Shown here in pieces: positions 1 to 14,021 of a DNA stretch of 64,000 nucleotides. How positions within the stretch are numbered: the stretch's first letter is position 1; the number at the start of each line of letters is the position of its first letter. The DNA lies in assembly GCA_964016885.1 (NCBI GenBank), contig OZ024743.1:250418001-250482000 (forward strand), written 5' to 3'. The stretch is from Eledone cirrhosa (Eukaryota). The notes beneath the pieces are model-generated. The model saw nothing but the letters and a program-made list of their open reading frames with translations. It had not been told where the DNA came from and searched no databases. A program made the translations under genes and the position numbers.

Positions 1-56
<56 letters not shown>

Positions 57-58
<2 letters not shown>

Positions 59-252
59 AAACTGTTTGACCCCGACAGCAGAGCTCAAGCCGTTTTGACG
101 GCTATTTCTGGACTAAGTCCAGAAATAGCTGTCGAAACTCCTTGAGAACTGCCGTCAGGGTCGAACATTTTCCTATTACCCACTCTACTACCCTAAGTAT
201 TGAGTACTCTGTTGCGTTATGGTCCATCTGGTTCATTACCACACCTCCTTTG
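57..252 (-). mobile_element. Short dispersed repeat with internal ~100-bp palindrome, inserted in (TA)n (probable PLE terminal fragment)
   Basis: Homologous copies at 44277-44474 (+), 33848-33981 (+) and 23470-23558 (-). Arms gaccccgacagcagagctcaag..ctatttctggact / agtccagaaatag..gtcagggtc. Confidence 0.6.
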
Positions 253-302
<50 letters not shown>

Positions 303-805
303 CATATAAACTCATGTATAATATGAGAAATATGTGACAGAAAATCAATGGTATAATTAGGGTGATAGTTATATTTGAGGTCAATAATTTGCTGATTTTC
401 ACCAACTTCAAAATTTTACATAAATAGTGTGCTGAAATATTTTCACTTTGGAGGTGAATATTACCCTGGTTTCACTGTCAATGATAAATTTGTATTTCTT
501 ATTGGTTTTTATGTTTTGAATGAATATGGCCTTCAGAATGACTGGAAAGTGGTAATAATTCATTATGTAATGGAGTTGTGAAACAAAAACTATACATTAA
601 ACAACACTTAAAACATTTTCAATATAAAATATTAAAACTTCATAAATATATTCTCCAGAATTTCAAAACTCCACTCTCTAATCATAATGTGTTGATATCC
701 TGCCTCAGCTCATAAACAGGGTTTGGATTTTTTCCTATCTATCAGGCATAAAAGAGAGGTTTGGCTTATATTTGTGTATATATGGTACACATACATACAC
801 ACACA

Positions 806-847
<42 letters not shown>

Positions 848-1059
848 CACACACATGTGAGTGTGCATCCATCATTTTTCCTTCTTGCTGATTTCTTCTT
901 TGACATTTTAAGACAAATTATTCAACGTAAAATTACTTCTGATTTCTCCCACCAATTTAAAGAACCTAATTATTTTCCATTACTCTTACTTGGTTTGAGG
1001 GTTTGTGTGTGTAGATTTTGTCTAATTGAGCATTGCCCCAGACCAATGACTGAAACAAG

Positions 1060-1637
1060 TAAAAGAATAGTATATATGGAGGAGAGTGCTCTGAGACCAT
1101 AATAACTAAAATAAGGATAGGATGGAAAAAGTTCAGAGAGCTACCTACTCCCAGTGCTGACAACAAAAGTTTTCTCCCTATGAAAAAAATGACGCCTGTG
1201 TGTGAAGTGCAATGCTGCATGGTAGTGAAACAAGGGCTGTGACTGCAGAGGACATGCACAGACTGGAGTGAAATGAAGCAACCATGTTTCATTGGTTGTG
1301 CCATGTAAGTGTGAGAGAAAGGCAGAGCTTGGACGAGTTGAGGGAGAAGCTGGATTTAAGAGAAATCTGAGGTGGTGTGCAGGAGAGGAGAATGCATTGG
1401 TATGGATATAGGATACACATGAACAATGATCTTTGTGTGAAGAAGTGCCAGGAAATGCCAGTGGAAGGAAGTCATGGTAGAGGTAGACCAAGAAAGACCT
1501 GTGAGAACTGACTGCAAATCACTGAGACTCACAGAGATGATGATAAAGGATCATGTCATGGGGAGAGATGCACTGCTCAGAAGGACCTGTCCATCCCATG
1601 TAAGCATAGAAAAGTTGACGTAAAAATGATGATGATG
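1060..1637 (+). mobile_element. Degenerate RTE-clade LINE 3' fragment with (GAT)n tail
   Basis: Similar to the better-preserved copy at 25270-26240 (ggatggaaaaagttcagagagct; catggtagtgaaac). Ends aaagttgacgtaaaaatgatgatgatg. Confidence 0.75.
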
Positions 1638-1839
1638 ACATACATATATACATATATATATATATATGTGTAGAGAGAGAGCAAGAGATAGGTAGGTAAA
1701 ATCCTAACTGTGGCACCAAGCGGTTTTAGTTTGTGTATTCAGCAAGCCTTTACTAGGGTGTATACCCACTCTGCATCTCCCCATGCATTGAGTACTCCCA
1801 TGATTAGTAGTTTCCCCAGCCAAGCCCTACATACTCTCC

Positions 1840-1916
<77 letters not shown>

Positions 1917-2532
1917 ATTTAACATTCGTTTTCTTTGCAAGCAAGGATTGGATTGGCTATCACAGATCAAGTCCACACTCAAATGAAACCAATGGTATTT
2001 AAGATGGACTGGGAACTTCCAGCTCACTTTCTTACATTCCTGTATTGTACCAGGTGCTCAGACAGGAAAGAGAGCCACATCTCTTTTACAAGATGTTCCC
2101 ATGCTCTACCACATGCATCTTATCATAACCAAAACACTAGGAAGGTTGCTGAACCCTTGACACACTTGGAGAGTCCTCTTTACCTTTTTGGCATAGCATT
2201 TACCATAGGATGCTTTGAAATAGATGTATTAAACAGTAGTTTACTTAAAGTGCTCAAATATTAATTGAGCACTCAATAACTGTAGACAGAATGCAATATT
2301 TCTGCAAGGAAGAAGTAGGAAGAAGTAGCAGGGACTTCGAGGTTTAAACAACTATATATATATAATTGTTTCTACTTTAGGCACAAGATGATAAGGGAAA
2401 GTCAATCAAAGATACCAATCAATTCAAAAACATTTATTTTTCAACAAATGTTTCAATTAACATAGATAAATATACAATGACTCCATACTTACAGTAAAAC
2501 TAATTTCAATATTGCATCAGGCCGTGGATCAG

Positions 2533-2706
2533 GTGGTGGATTGGCAGTATCGGTAGAGGGTTGGACGCCATGCTTTGAGGCATAGAGTTACGGTCCTTGC
2601 CATTCTGAGTTCAATCCCGCCGGGGTTTACTTTGCCTTTCATCTTTATGGGGTCGATAAAATAAAGTACCAGTAATGCTGGCCTTGTGCCAAAAGTAGAA
2701 ACAATT
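2533..2706 (+). mobile_element. tRNA-derived SINE, family A
   Basis: A-box-like tggcagtatcggt, B-box-like gagttcaatccc, body ctttgcctttcatc..ggggtcgataaaataaagtaccag, tail gccttgtgccaaaagtagaaacaatta. Many copies in the window. Confidence 0.85.
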
Positions 2707-2948
2707 ATTGCATCATCTCCTCAGGAGATTTATCAATTTATCTGCATCATCTCCTCAGGAAAAACAAAAATTATCAAAATTGAAGTTTCAATTTATATTG
2801 ACAGAAATAATTAAAAATCCATGGAATAACAGGTAGAAAGACATTAATTGAATGGGCAAAGAACCTATTCATATTGAAGTAAGCAGTTTTGGCTTAGGTA
2901 GGACCCAGTAAATTTGAATTACTAATTTCTACACTGAACTGGTAAATT

Positions 2949-2983
<35 letters not shown>

Positions 2984-3895
2984 CGTTTCTGAATTTGTTT
3001 AGCAAGATTCTTTATCTGAAAACGTGTGTTGAAACCGATATTGTTATGCTTTAGGAGGGTCACGTTGCCAATAAGAAACACATGCACCAGTTGCTTTCAC
3101 TCCAATTTATTATAAATTTAAGAATTTATAAATTTCCGGTTGGTTGGTTGGTTCCATAACCGGACGGTTGTTCATATATTGTCAAAGTTCTTTCGTCACA
3201 CATTCTGTGACCTCTTCAGTGACTGGGGATTCTTTTCTTTGTTTTGTGCCTCTCCTTTGTTCTGTCCTACGTCATCTTGCTTTTGTGTATGTTGTGTGCT
3301 TAGTTTGTGCATGTGTTACATCCGGGTGTCTGTGTGTGTTTTTATTTGTTTATTTACATGTTACTGGTTGGTTGTTTGTTCTATGTGTGTGTGTGTTTTC
3401 ATTTTGTCCTTAATTGTAAGTTGTGATGTTGCTATTGTATTCATGTTTTCTATTTAATTTTGGTTGGAGTTCATTTATGTTTATGGCCTCTGTCATTTGT
3501 CTAAACATTGCGTCTTTTCTGTGTGTAGATTCTATTTTTATTTCTATGTTCTCTAATTTGCCCTTATGTTCTATTTTTTATTTTTTTAAATAGAACATAA
3601 GGGCAAATTAGAGAACATAGAAATAGAAATTGAATCTACACACAAAAAAGACGCAATATTTAGACAAATCACAGAGGCAATAAACATAAATGAACTCCAA
3701 CCAAAATTAAATAGAAAACATGAATGGAATAGCAACATCACAACTTACAATTAAGGACAAAATGAAAACACACACGCACATAGAACAAACAACCAACCAG
3801 TAACATGTAAATAAACAAATAAAGAAACAAATAAAAACACACACAGATACCCAGATGTAACACATGCGCAAACTAAGCACACAACACACACAAAG
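2984..3895. mobile_element. Penelope-like element 3' end (GIY-YIG C-terminus plus pseudo-LTR) as a head-to-head inverted pair
   Basis: 3590-3736 (+) translates IEHKGKLENIEIEIESTHKKDAIFRQITEAININELQPKLNRKHEW, resembling a GIY-YIG C-terminus. Inverted copy at ~3285-3575. Further copies at 34072-34416 and 45510-45830. Confidence 0.75.
3181..3223 (-). ncRNA. Minimal type I hammerhead ribozyme candidate
   Basis: Minus strand reads GTCA CTGAAGA G GTCACA-gaatg-TGTGAC GAAA GAAC TT TGAC, with stems I and II paired. Confidence 0.6.
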
Positions 3896-3959
3896 CCATC
3901 GTATTTGCTATTCACATTATATCAGCTTTCCCAAAACATTATTATCCTCTGTCTTTCTG

Positions 3960-4000
<41 letters not shown>

Positions 4001-4200
4001 ACACAATAATGGTTTCTGATTGAGATACAAGGCTAATCATTTTGGAGGACAACAAATTTGATTAAATAAATCCCAGTACATTACTGGTACTATATTTTAT
4101 CGACCCCATAGAGATGAATGGCAAAGCTAATCTCAGAGAGTTTTGAACTCAGAATGTCAAGGACCATAACAATATGCTGCAAAGCATGGCGTTCAACCCT

Positions 4201-4510
4201 AAGGCCAGATTTACTAATGCATAACTCATTTTATTCAGAATCTGCCATAATACATAATTCTGTGGCATCCATGATGACACAATGCAGTCCATCCACTGTG
4301 GAAGGACAAACATTGTATTAGCCCATTCTCATATCTATAACCCATATTGAAATAGGAATGTTACATAATGACCTTATAACTTAAAATGCTGTCTGATGAA
4401 GTTGTGTTGGTGGCTGCGTGATGACTGCATTGTGTAGTCATGAATGCCACAGAAATATATATTATGGCAGATTCTGAATAAAATGTGTTATGAATTTTAT
4501 ATCTGGCCTT
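4201..4510. mobile_element. MITE-like foldback element with ~88-bp TIRs
   Basis: aaggccagat..ttttattcagaatctgccataata..tgtggcat..acacaatgcagtc is mirrored by gactgcattgtgt..atgccaca..tattatggcagattctgaataaaa..atctggcctt. Confidence 0.75.
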
Positions 4511-4711
4511 CGCAATAATCATTATTGTAGATATCCTCAATCTAATTGCATCATCATTTAATGATTGGAGTGATGCATATACAACTCAATTGGTCAACAT
4601 CTTATACAAAAGTATATATATATAAATATATATATAGTTAAAGATTAAAAAAGACAAACACTGATACAATTACACTGTCTTTATATATATCCTCCTCCTC
4701 CCCCTCCTCCT

Positions 4712-5116
4712 CATCATCGTTTAACGTCTATCTTACATGATAGCATGGTATTAGACAGAAATTGTCCCACATGAGGCAACATTTGTTGTCTTACTCGTAT
4801 AGGACTATCTGGCAGGTTTTCTATGGCAGGATGCCCTTCCTAACACCAACCACATTACAGTGTGCACTGGGAGGTTTTTACCGTGTTACCTACACGACCA
4901 CATTACAGCGTGGACTGTGTGTTTTTTTGTTGTGACACCTACACGACCTCATTTATTTAGGACTGGATGTTGTGGTACCAACATAACTTTACAGAGAAAG
5001 GGGTGGTGTTGATGGGGGTGGAAGTAGGGGTAGTGGTATGGGGGTGTATTTTGGGTTAAGAGGTGCCTACTGACTGTAGGTTTTGCTTTGTACATAGGCA
5101 AGGCGGGTCTTCTGTA
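4712..5116 (-). mobile_element. SINE-like composite with RTE-derived 3' tail
   Basis: Contains ggatgcccttcctaacaccaacc and a (CAT)n-adjacent tail. Near-identical organisation at 22725-23100 and 24910-25290. Confidence 0.7.
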
Positions 5117-5159
5117 TCATCATCATTATCACCGTTTTACATCCATTTTTCCATGCTAC

Positions 5160-5196
<37 letters not shown>

Positions 5197-5631
5197 AAGA
5201 GAGTAACATATCAGGATTTTACCCGTTTTAAACTAAGAAGACCATTTATTCAGCAGCGTACTCAATACTTGGGATAGTAGAGTGTAAATATATTAGAGAG
5301 TCAGGGCCTGACAGCTAAGCTCTTGCTGTTTCGACGGGAGCTTAGCCATTGGGCCCTGACTCTCTGATATATATGTCTGTGTGTGTGTGTAAAAGGTAAA
5401 CAGAAATAATATATACATTCATACATGTATATTGACAAAGGGGAAAAGAATGTGTGCATCAAACAAAGTATCCTGTGGCAACCTTTATGCTTTAGATGAC
5501 TTTCATTTTCTTCTTTTACATAATCAGCTAAAACCTTTGAAGGCAGTTTAGTACACTGGCCACAGTCCCAAAACTTAAACTGTTAAAAAATAAATACATT
5601 ATATATATATATATATATACATGTGTATGAA

Positions 5632-5676
<45 letters not shown>

Positions 5677-6078
5677 CAACGATGAATTAGTTTTGCGAGG
5701 TTTTTGATATGAAATCATGTGTCGAAGCTCCTGATGATTTCTCGCGAATGAAACAGTTCTAGTCCTGTAGAAGCTCTTCTATAATATATATATATATATA
5801 TGTAGGAGGTAAGTTTTATTGTAGCACAATAAAGCAATGCAAATATCGGATAAGTAGCACTCAACAGTTTGTTGGACTGGAGTATATATAAGAAGAAATT
5901 AAAAGATGGTTAAAAAAGTTCCATGTATTTTATTATGCGCATTTCAAAAACAAATATCATCCAGGGACGATATTTGCGTTCTCATCAGATAAAATAGGGA
6001 GACATGATTTGAAGCTTAAAAAAGACACTTGTGAGCAAGGTAGTGTCTAAACAACATATGTTGTTTTAATTTCTTCTT

Positions 6079-6148
<70 letters not shown>

Positions 6149-8725
6149 TATGTGTATATTATATACACATACATATACACGACATATAAAAACCTTTTCT
6201 TCACAACCTTGCTACCAAGCAGGTGGCTGGTCAGAACAGAAAAGCACATACACATATATATTCATGTGTGTGCATATGAATGTATGTGCATGCGTGTTGT
6301 GTGTGTGGATTAGAGAAGAAAATAAGGAAGAAAAGAATGGGATTACAGAAGTGTTAAACTTAGTAATGTTTCGGAGACATTGATCTTACTCAGCTTTTTC
6401 CAGGTTTCAGTGAGGAAAAGCAGCCATCATCTGAAAATCAATTAGTGAGTGAGCAAAAATCATTTGCGTTTGCATCATATATAAATAATAACTGATTTTA
6501 TAACATCCTGTCAAGTGGAGAAACACATTTCTACTTTGTTGCAGTTCTCGTTGCTACTTCGTTAATATTAATTATATATAAAAGGAAAAATGCTGAAACA
6601 GTGATTAATTAGGAAATTGATAAAAGCAAACAAATGAACAAAACAAAAATATCCTCCAACAAATAGACACACAAACTGAAATACACAGACATACATGAAC
6701 ACGGGCACACACCCAAACATACATAAATACATACACACACCATCACACACACATTCCAACACACAGGTACACATGAATACACTGACATATATATACATAC
6801 AAACACATAGATACACATACATACATTCATACACCAACACACAAACACAAATTGAAACACACTGACACAGACTAATACACACATACCAACATATATACAT
6901 ACACTACAACAAACGCTCCAACACAAACACACACATAGAAACAAACACAAACACACATCTGTAAACAGAAGCAAGCACTAACCTACACAGCTGTTGCTTC
7001 AGAGAATAAACTGTGTATTTTCTAAGATGAAAGAGAGAACATAATAAAACATTTATTTCCAAATGTATATTTAATATTAGTAAAGGTGTGGTAGTTGAGT
7101 TACACAGGTCAAGTTTTCATGATTTCAAAATTATAAACATTGTATTGTTCTTTCATTATACTTATCGAAATAATTATGTCGACACAATAAAGAAACACCA
7201 TTTCTGTTATATAAATAGATCAGTGTTTCCCCTTTGTGATGTCCACAGAGCACCATAGTTCCACAAAAACTGCCTGGGATTCCATGAGATAAGGTATCTT
7301 TAATAAGATTTAATAAAATATTATATGTTTTTTTGTTTTGTTTATATAAGAGTACAGAGGACTGTTTTGACACATTGCGAACAAGACAATCTCCCCAGTG
7401 CTGCTGCCATAATAAAATGCCCCTATTACTCAGTAAACTGGTTTGTGTTAGTCATAGAAACCCAGCCTCAAAAATGGATTATATCAAGAGTATGATTGCC
7501 ATCAATGTGTTAGTATCATAATAAAATGCACCTGTAAAGTGGTTGGTGTTAGGATGTGCATCCAATCACAGAAACCAGCCTACAAGAAGGGTTACATCAA
7601 GGACATGACAACAATTAAAGTATTAGTGTCTTAATAAAACGCACCCTGTAAAGTGGTTGGTATTATGAAGGTCATCCAGCCAGAGAAAGGAGTCTTCCAT
7701 TACAACCAGAACATGACAACTTCCTAAATGCTATTGTCATGATAAAATGCACCCAGAACATTCTGTAAAGTGGTTGGTGTTATGAAAATCTGCCAGCATT
7801 TATTCTGGTGCTTGTATTTCTGAGTTCATATGCCATTATTGCTCTTTTGGAAGGTCAACATAGTCTATCACTTAAATTAAAGCCATCACTTGGTGGCTTT
7901 TAGATGCCTTTAGTGGGATCTACTTCTTTGCAAAGAACTAGGTAAGGTGACAGGTTTGAGGATACCTTCCTCCCTCCCTTTACTCTGTCTCAGATACCCT
8001 AAAAAGGGGGACATGGACATTACCTTTCTCTCCCTGATTAGATAATCAAAAGCTAAGTAGTATATAAATAAAATAGCCTCTCAGTTTATAAAATATATTC
8101 TCAAAATAATTGTTATTCTGTTGTGAAATACACAGACATATACAGCTGATATGTAGCTATGGTGTCTCTAGCATTATGTGAATAAGAGCCAAATCTTTTC
8201 TGGGATAGGAAGCAAGTAGAGTTTAGATAACATTCCCTAAATCCAAATCCAAAAGTGTTATAATATTGCAAAACAGTTTTTTTTATATTTGAAGGTATCC
8301 TAGATTTTTTATGAATCATTTTAGTTTTCAATGTTAGGTTCGATATACATGCACATATACACAGGTTTTAAAAGTATACCCACATGTACATATGATCATA
8401 TGTTTGCACATGTACACACACACTACAAGCACAGAGATGGTTTTGCATCAAAGTTAGTTTGTTTTTCTTTAATGTGGCAGCCATCTCTCCCAAAATATAT
8501 TCATAGCTACTGGTAACAAACGAAAGAGCAATGTAATATTTTCAAGCTTCAGGAAAGTGAAGCTTTTCGACAGTGTCAGAATAAATTTAGTAGCTGAAAT
8601 GATATAGAAAAGAGAGCGAGAGACAGTGTGTATATAGTAATGTATATGAGGTTATGCATTTAATAATATCAATATATTAGTGAAGTGTGTTGTTATAGTT
8701 CTTATTATTAAACAAAATATCACTC

Positions 8726-8784
<59 letters not shown>

Positions 8785-8867
8785 TTATATATAATATATT
8801 ATATATATATATATATATAATATATTTATATATAATATATTTATCTCTCTCTCTCTATATATATATG

Positions 8868-8907
<40 letters not shown>

Positions 8908-10000
8908 TGTTTGATAATGTATATCAAGGTATATATTTGATACATCAATATATTAGTACAGTGTGTTATAGTTCATATTATATAACCAGATATTGACATT
9001 GTGGTATCAAAATCTCAGAGAGCTTTCGAATATATTTAAATATATTGAGTATTTGTAATTTCTCACTACACCTTATTATAGCCTTCCTATATTTTCATCT
9101 GTTCTGAATTCTGTGCCTCATGCATTGATCAGTTCCAGAAATCACCTATTTATTATTCCAGAAACTTCTAAGCTGTTGAGAATAAACAGCACACTGTGAC
9201 AGATATCAAAACTTGAAATGCTTGCTCAGAAAATATGATATATTAACATTGTTTAACATTTATTTTCCATCTTTGCATGGGTTGAATGGCCTATTACATG
9301 CTGAGGCTAGATTGATCAGGTGACCATATCTTGTTTGTATACTCCACATTGGCTTGGTGTCTATGGTTGGATACCTTTCCTAATGCCAACCAATTTACAG
9401 CATGTATTGAGAGCATTTTATGATGATTACAATGTGTAGAGAGTACTTTACATCACAGCATCATTACAACACTTTACATGCTGGACAGGGTGCTTTTTAT
9501 CATTACACCAACACTATCACTTTAGAGAGTCAACTGGGTTATTTTTGTTGTGACACCAGCACTACCACTTTACAGTATGGACTGTATGGTTTCATCATGG
9601 CTTCAGCACTACCTCATACATAGATATAGTTTTATTTTGCTATAAACCACAGATCTTTAGACAAAAAAAATATATTTCTTGATTTCCTTCCTACCAAAAT
9701 TTCATTATCATCATCATCATCATCATCAACATCATTATCATGCCTGCCTTTCTATGCTTGATAGGTCTTCTCCAGCCCAGCTTTCCTCCACTTTTAATGT
9801 TCTATTGTCATTTCCTTTGTTCTGAGTTTTGCACTCACCCCTTCTATTCAGCTCTTCCTCTTCTATGGTTTCTTCCATTTGGAAATGCTGACACTTCTTC
9901 CAACAATGATCATTTATACACATTATGTGCTTATACAAACATAATCATTTTGAAGACCTTTTGTTATGAATTTAATAATGTGTTGGTTATTCCCTTTCGT

Positions 10001-10445
10001 TTTTGCTGAAGCTAAGTATGTGACTATAGTCGCTACCTTAAATTTATCGCGAAAGGCCTTCAAAATGGTTTTAAATAACCATGCAGTATATTATTAAATA
10101 TACAATATGTACATTCACATATACATCCCTATTTCAGTGCTCCAGCACAAATTCTAATTCTTGCTGGGCCAGCAACCACTCTGTATATTAATGAGTTTAA
10201 ACAGCTCATAAACATAATTGGTATCCTATAAGAATCCAGCTTCTACAGCTTACAGGAAAAACAGAAGGGTATATAACCTTCATAACTGCTAAACAGCGAG
10301 AAGCGCATTGGTTATTCAGCTTTATTTTTGCTGAAGCTAGGTATGTGACTATAGTCACTACCTTAAATTCATAGAGAAAGGCCTTCAAAATGTTTTAAAA
10401 TAAACATACAGTATATCATTAAATATACAATTCGGACATTTATAT
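10001..10445 (+). repeat. Direct repeat (two ~125-bp copies, 325-bp period), each with a hammerhead-like motif
   Basis: 10001-10065 and 10326-10390 both read TTTTG CTGAAGC ... GAAA GGCC TT CAAAA. Confidence 0.6.
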
Positions 10446-11284
10446 ATAGAGAGAGGGATATAGATAGGTGTGTGTGTGTATATAACCTCCCTAGAATTGG
10501 TGATTTACTCCATATATGCACTTAATACTCTCTGTAAAGTGGTTGCTGAAACGTAGGGCATCTGGTCAGAGAAAACTTGCCAGACAAAGGATTGGGAAGA
10601 CTCTTCAGTTATGCCAAAGATATGACAACTCTCCTAGTTTTGGTACCATGATAAAATGCACTTGGTTGAATATGGCATCATAACCTGCAGGTCTCAGGCT
10701 CTGCTTGAGGGAAAACAGACGTTAAACATTGATGGTGATGGTCCATGTATATATATGTGTGTGTGTATATATATATATATATATCAACATCGTCACCATT
10801 TAACATCCATTTTTTTCAATGCTAGCATGGGTTAGATGAGTTGTTCTGTTGTGAGACAAGCCAGATCTGATGACCATGTCGTGCTCAAACAGAACTGATT
10901 TCAGCTTGGTTTCTACAGCTGGATGCCCTTCTTAATGCCAACCACATTTATAGTGAGCTGGGGGATTTTTTTCATGACACTAACATGACCACTTTACAGT
11001 GTGGACTGGGTGCTTTTTGTTGTGTCACCAACATGACCACATTACAGTGTGGAGTGAGGGCCTTTTGTCATGGTACCAAAACAACCACTTTGTAGATTGG
11101 AGGCCGGAGTGAAGGCGAAGCATGGGGATTGGAGAGATAGATCTAGAGTAAGGTGGGGTGTTACGTTATGGGTGGAGTGTTAAGAGGTGAGTAAAGTGTT
11201 ATGACATGGAGGTGTATGGAAGGGGCTATGGAGGAGAAGGTCATTCAAATTAGAAAAATGCTTCAACCCATGCACATGGGAAAG

Positions 11285-13945
11285 CGGGTTTTCTGTATTA
11301 CTGCATACTGCCAGAAATCTCGATCTTGTATCATCGTCTCTTTGGGAGGTGCAATTGTATGATGTCAGATTTTATCACCCCATTCAAGGTCTTCCTAGGT
11401 TTTCCTACTCCATGCCTTCCATCAACTTTGAGTGCCCTGCACCTTTTTATGCAGCTGTCATCCTTCATATACATCACATATACATATCATTATAATCTCT
11501 TCTCCTGCACACTGCATCTGATTCCTCTTATGCATAGTTTCTCTTGCAGTTTATTTATGTTTTCCAATTTATGTATATTAATATTACAAACCCATTGAAG
11601 CATGCAAGCTTTATTTCTTTCCAATCTATGCAAGTCTTCTGCAAACAGCACCTAGATCTCACTACCATGCAGCATTGCAGTTTGTATACATACCTCATAC
11701 AATCTACACTTCATTTTGTGGGGAAAGTTTTTGTAGCTAGCAGCGGTAGTAGCTCTCTGAATTTTCTCCATCCTGTTCTCACTCTGGCTACTTTACTTTC
11801 AGAACACCCATCTCCACTGCTAATTTGGTCACCTAGTTAACAGAAACTGTCAAGTGCTTCTACGGTGCCCTCTAAGAATTTGATAGAACTTGTTTCCTGT
11901 GAGCAGTTGCTACTTACTGCTCCTGTGCAATGGCCACATGTAAAACTTACGTTCTTTGTTATCCTACCTGAGATCCTGTTACATTGCTTCTGTACTCATA
12001 GTTTGCATTTGAGACATAGGATTTAATTTCCACCCACCCCTTCCCAATACACCGAACAGGGTCATTTCCCAGAAGGGATTAGTGCCTTGTTTTCCTTACT
12101 ACTTACTAGAACTTTTGATTCCAGATTATGCTTCCAGGTCAGCATTTTTTCTTTAGTTCTGCCATAGCTATGAGAGTGAGATCATCAGCATAGTGGAGTT
12201 CCCAAGTGCATCCTGTTTTAAACTCTTCTGTTATAGCCTGGAGGACGATAATAAACAGCAGAGGGCTAAGGATGGAGCAGTGGTGGACTCCAACTTACAA
12301 GATGAACTCCTCACTATAGTCATTATTAGTTCTAATCTGTACATGGCTTATACTGTCCTCTCAAGCCCCTCATTTACCCCTAGTTTCCCAAGTGCCCACC
12401 AAATTACAAAATGGGGGACCTGTAAAAAAGCTTTCTACTAGTCAACAAATACTAAGTAGAAGGGTATACTTTTTGCTAAGTATTTCTCCTACACTTGCCT
12501 CACAATCTGATATAAATCTGAACTGTATCTCATCCAGGTTAATTCGATCCCTAATCAATGACTCTTTTTGCATCTTTAATTACTTGGTCCATCATTCTCA
12601 TGCATCAGTAGTTTCTTTGGTCTAGTGCATCAACTTTGCCCTTGAAGCAATTGACAATGATACTGCTATGCCAGTCATTGGGTATAACACCATTTTGTAT
12701 TACTTGGTTTACAATATGGGTGGTTATGGTATGTCTTACCATCCCAGATGCTTTCAGTATCTCAGCAGCTATTCTTGATGGCCCAGCTTCTTTGCCTGTC
12801 TTCATATCCTTAATTGCCTTACTTACTATGCTGCTACTGATTTGTACAGCTGGTCCTTCTGTTGGGTCAACTTGGAGGCAGGTCACCTTCCTCCCACGCA
12901 TTCTCCCCATTCATCAGTCTTTCATAATGACACTTCCATGCTGTCTTCTTTTTGTCATCAATGAGGGCTTGTGCACCATTGTTATCTCAGACACATTTCT
13001 CCATAACAACATAACTATTCTCTTGACATACTACCTCGTGATTCTAAACACACCATGTTTTTGGTCCTTATATCACATAACATGCATAAACATTTTATTT
13101 TCTGTGTCCCTCCTTGCAGTGTATACTTGTTGCCTAGCCTCATTTCTGGCCTCTTGGTAAAGTTCTCTGCTTCCCCATTTTGCCATTCTTTCCATACGTG
13201 TCTCTTAGCCATAATTGTTTCCTCCACCCTACTATTCCACCACCAAGTCACTCTCCTACTCTCTGGATCTCTGCTCCAGTCACAAACCAAGTTTGTGGCC
13301 TTCAGTAGATTATCTGTCAGGAACTCCCACTGCTCCTCTATATTGTATGTCACTATTTCTTCTTCCTTATTGTCAAAAGCATCAAGCAGAATATTCCTAA
13401 ATTTGTTACAGGCTGAGGGTTCCTTCAACTTCCATATCCTCCTCCGCCTCCAGGTTGCTCTCTGTCTACAAGTTCGTCTAGCTCTAATTAACAAACCACT
13501 GACTACAAGATTATGTTGGGAGGTGCATTCTCCACCAGGGAAGGATTTTCTATTTACAACCATCAGTTTATTTGACCATTTGGTGATGATGAAATCTATT
13601 TGACTGGTGTGCTCAGCTGAACTATAGCTAATGAAATGATTGTCTGGGTTTTGAAGTTAGTGTTGCAGATCGTTAGTTCATTAGCGTCACAGAATTCCAG
13701 GGGATTAGATCCTTTCTCATTTATGCACCAAACCTATAACCCGCATGGATACCATTGAAGCCATCACTGTGTTGCCCAACATCTCCGTTTAAGTCTCCTG
13801 TTATGACTAAGAGTTCCTTGTCCCCCACTAATGAAGTTGTCTGCATGAGGGATTCATAAAAGTCATCTTTCCAATTTGTCTGATATTCGCGATTGCGGTG
13901 CCTGTGCAGATATAATAGTAGCAGTTGTCCTACCTAGGACTATCC
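11285..13945 (-). mobile_element. Degenerate RTE-clade LINE (APE endonuclease end, RT, C-terminus)
   Basis: Minus-strand ORFs contain GECTSQHNLVV, TWWWN, KAIKDMKTGKEAGPS and IPNDWHSSIIVNCFKGK..NY. YADD at ~12182. Many frameshifts. Confidence 0.88.
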
Positions 13946-13948
13946 AGT

Positions 13949-13951
<3 letters not shown>

Positions 13952-14018
<67 letters not shown>
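13952..14018. repeat. (GA)n microsatellite
   Basis: Directly visible. Confidence 0.95.

Positions 14019-14021
<3 letters not shown>

Noticed and set aside
6390-6430. 41-bp minus-strand segment with AG/GT boundaries
   Set aside because: All three frames contain a stop, and there is no further support.
12636-13603. Hydrophobic plus-strand ORFs resembling membrane proteins (also 55318-55872)
   Set aside because: They are antisense shadows of LINE coding sequence.
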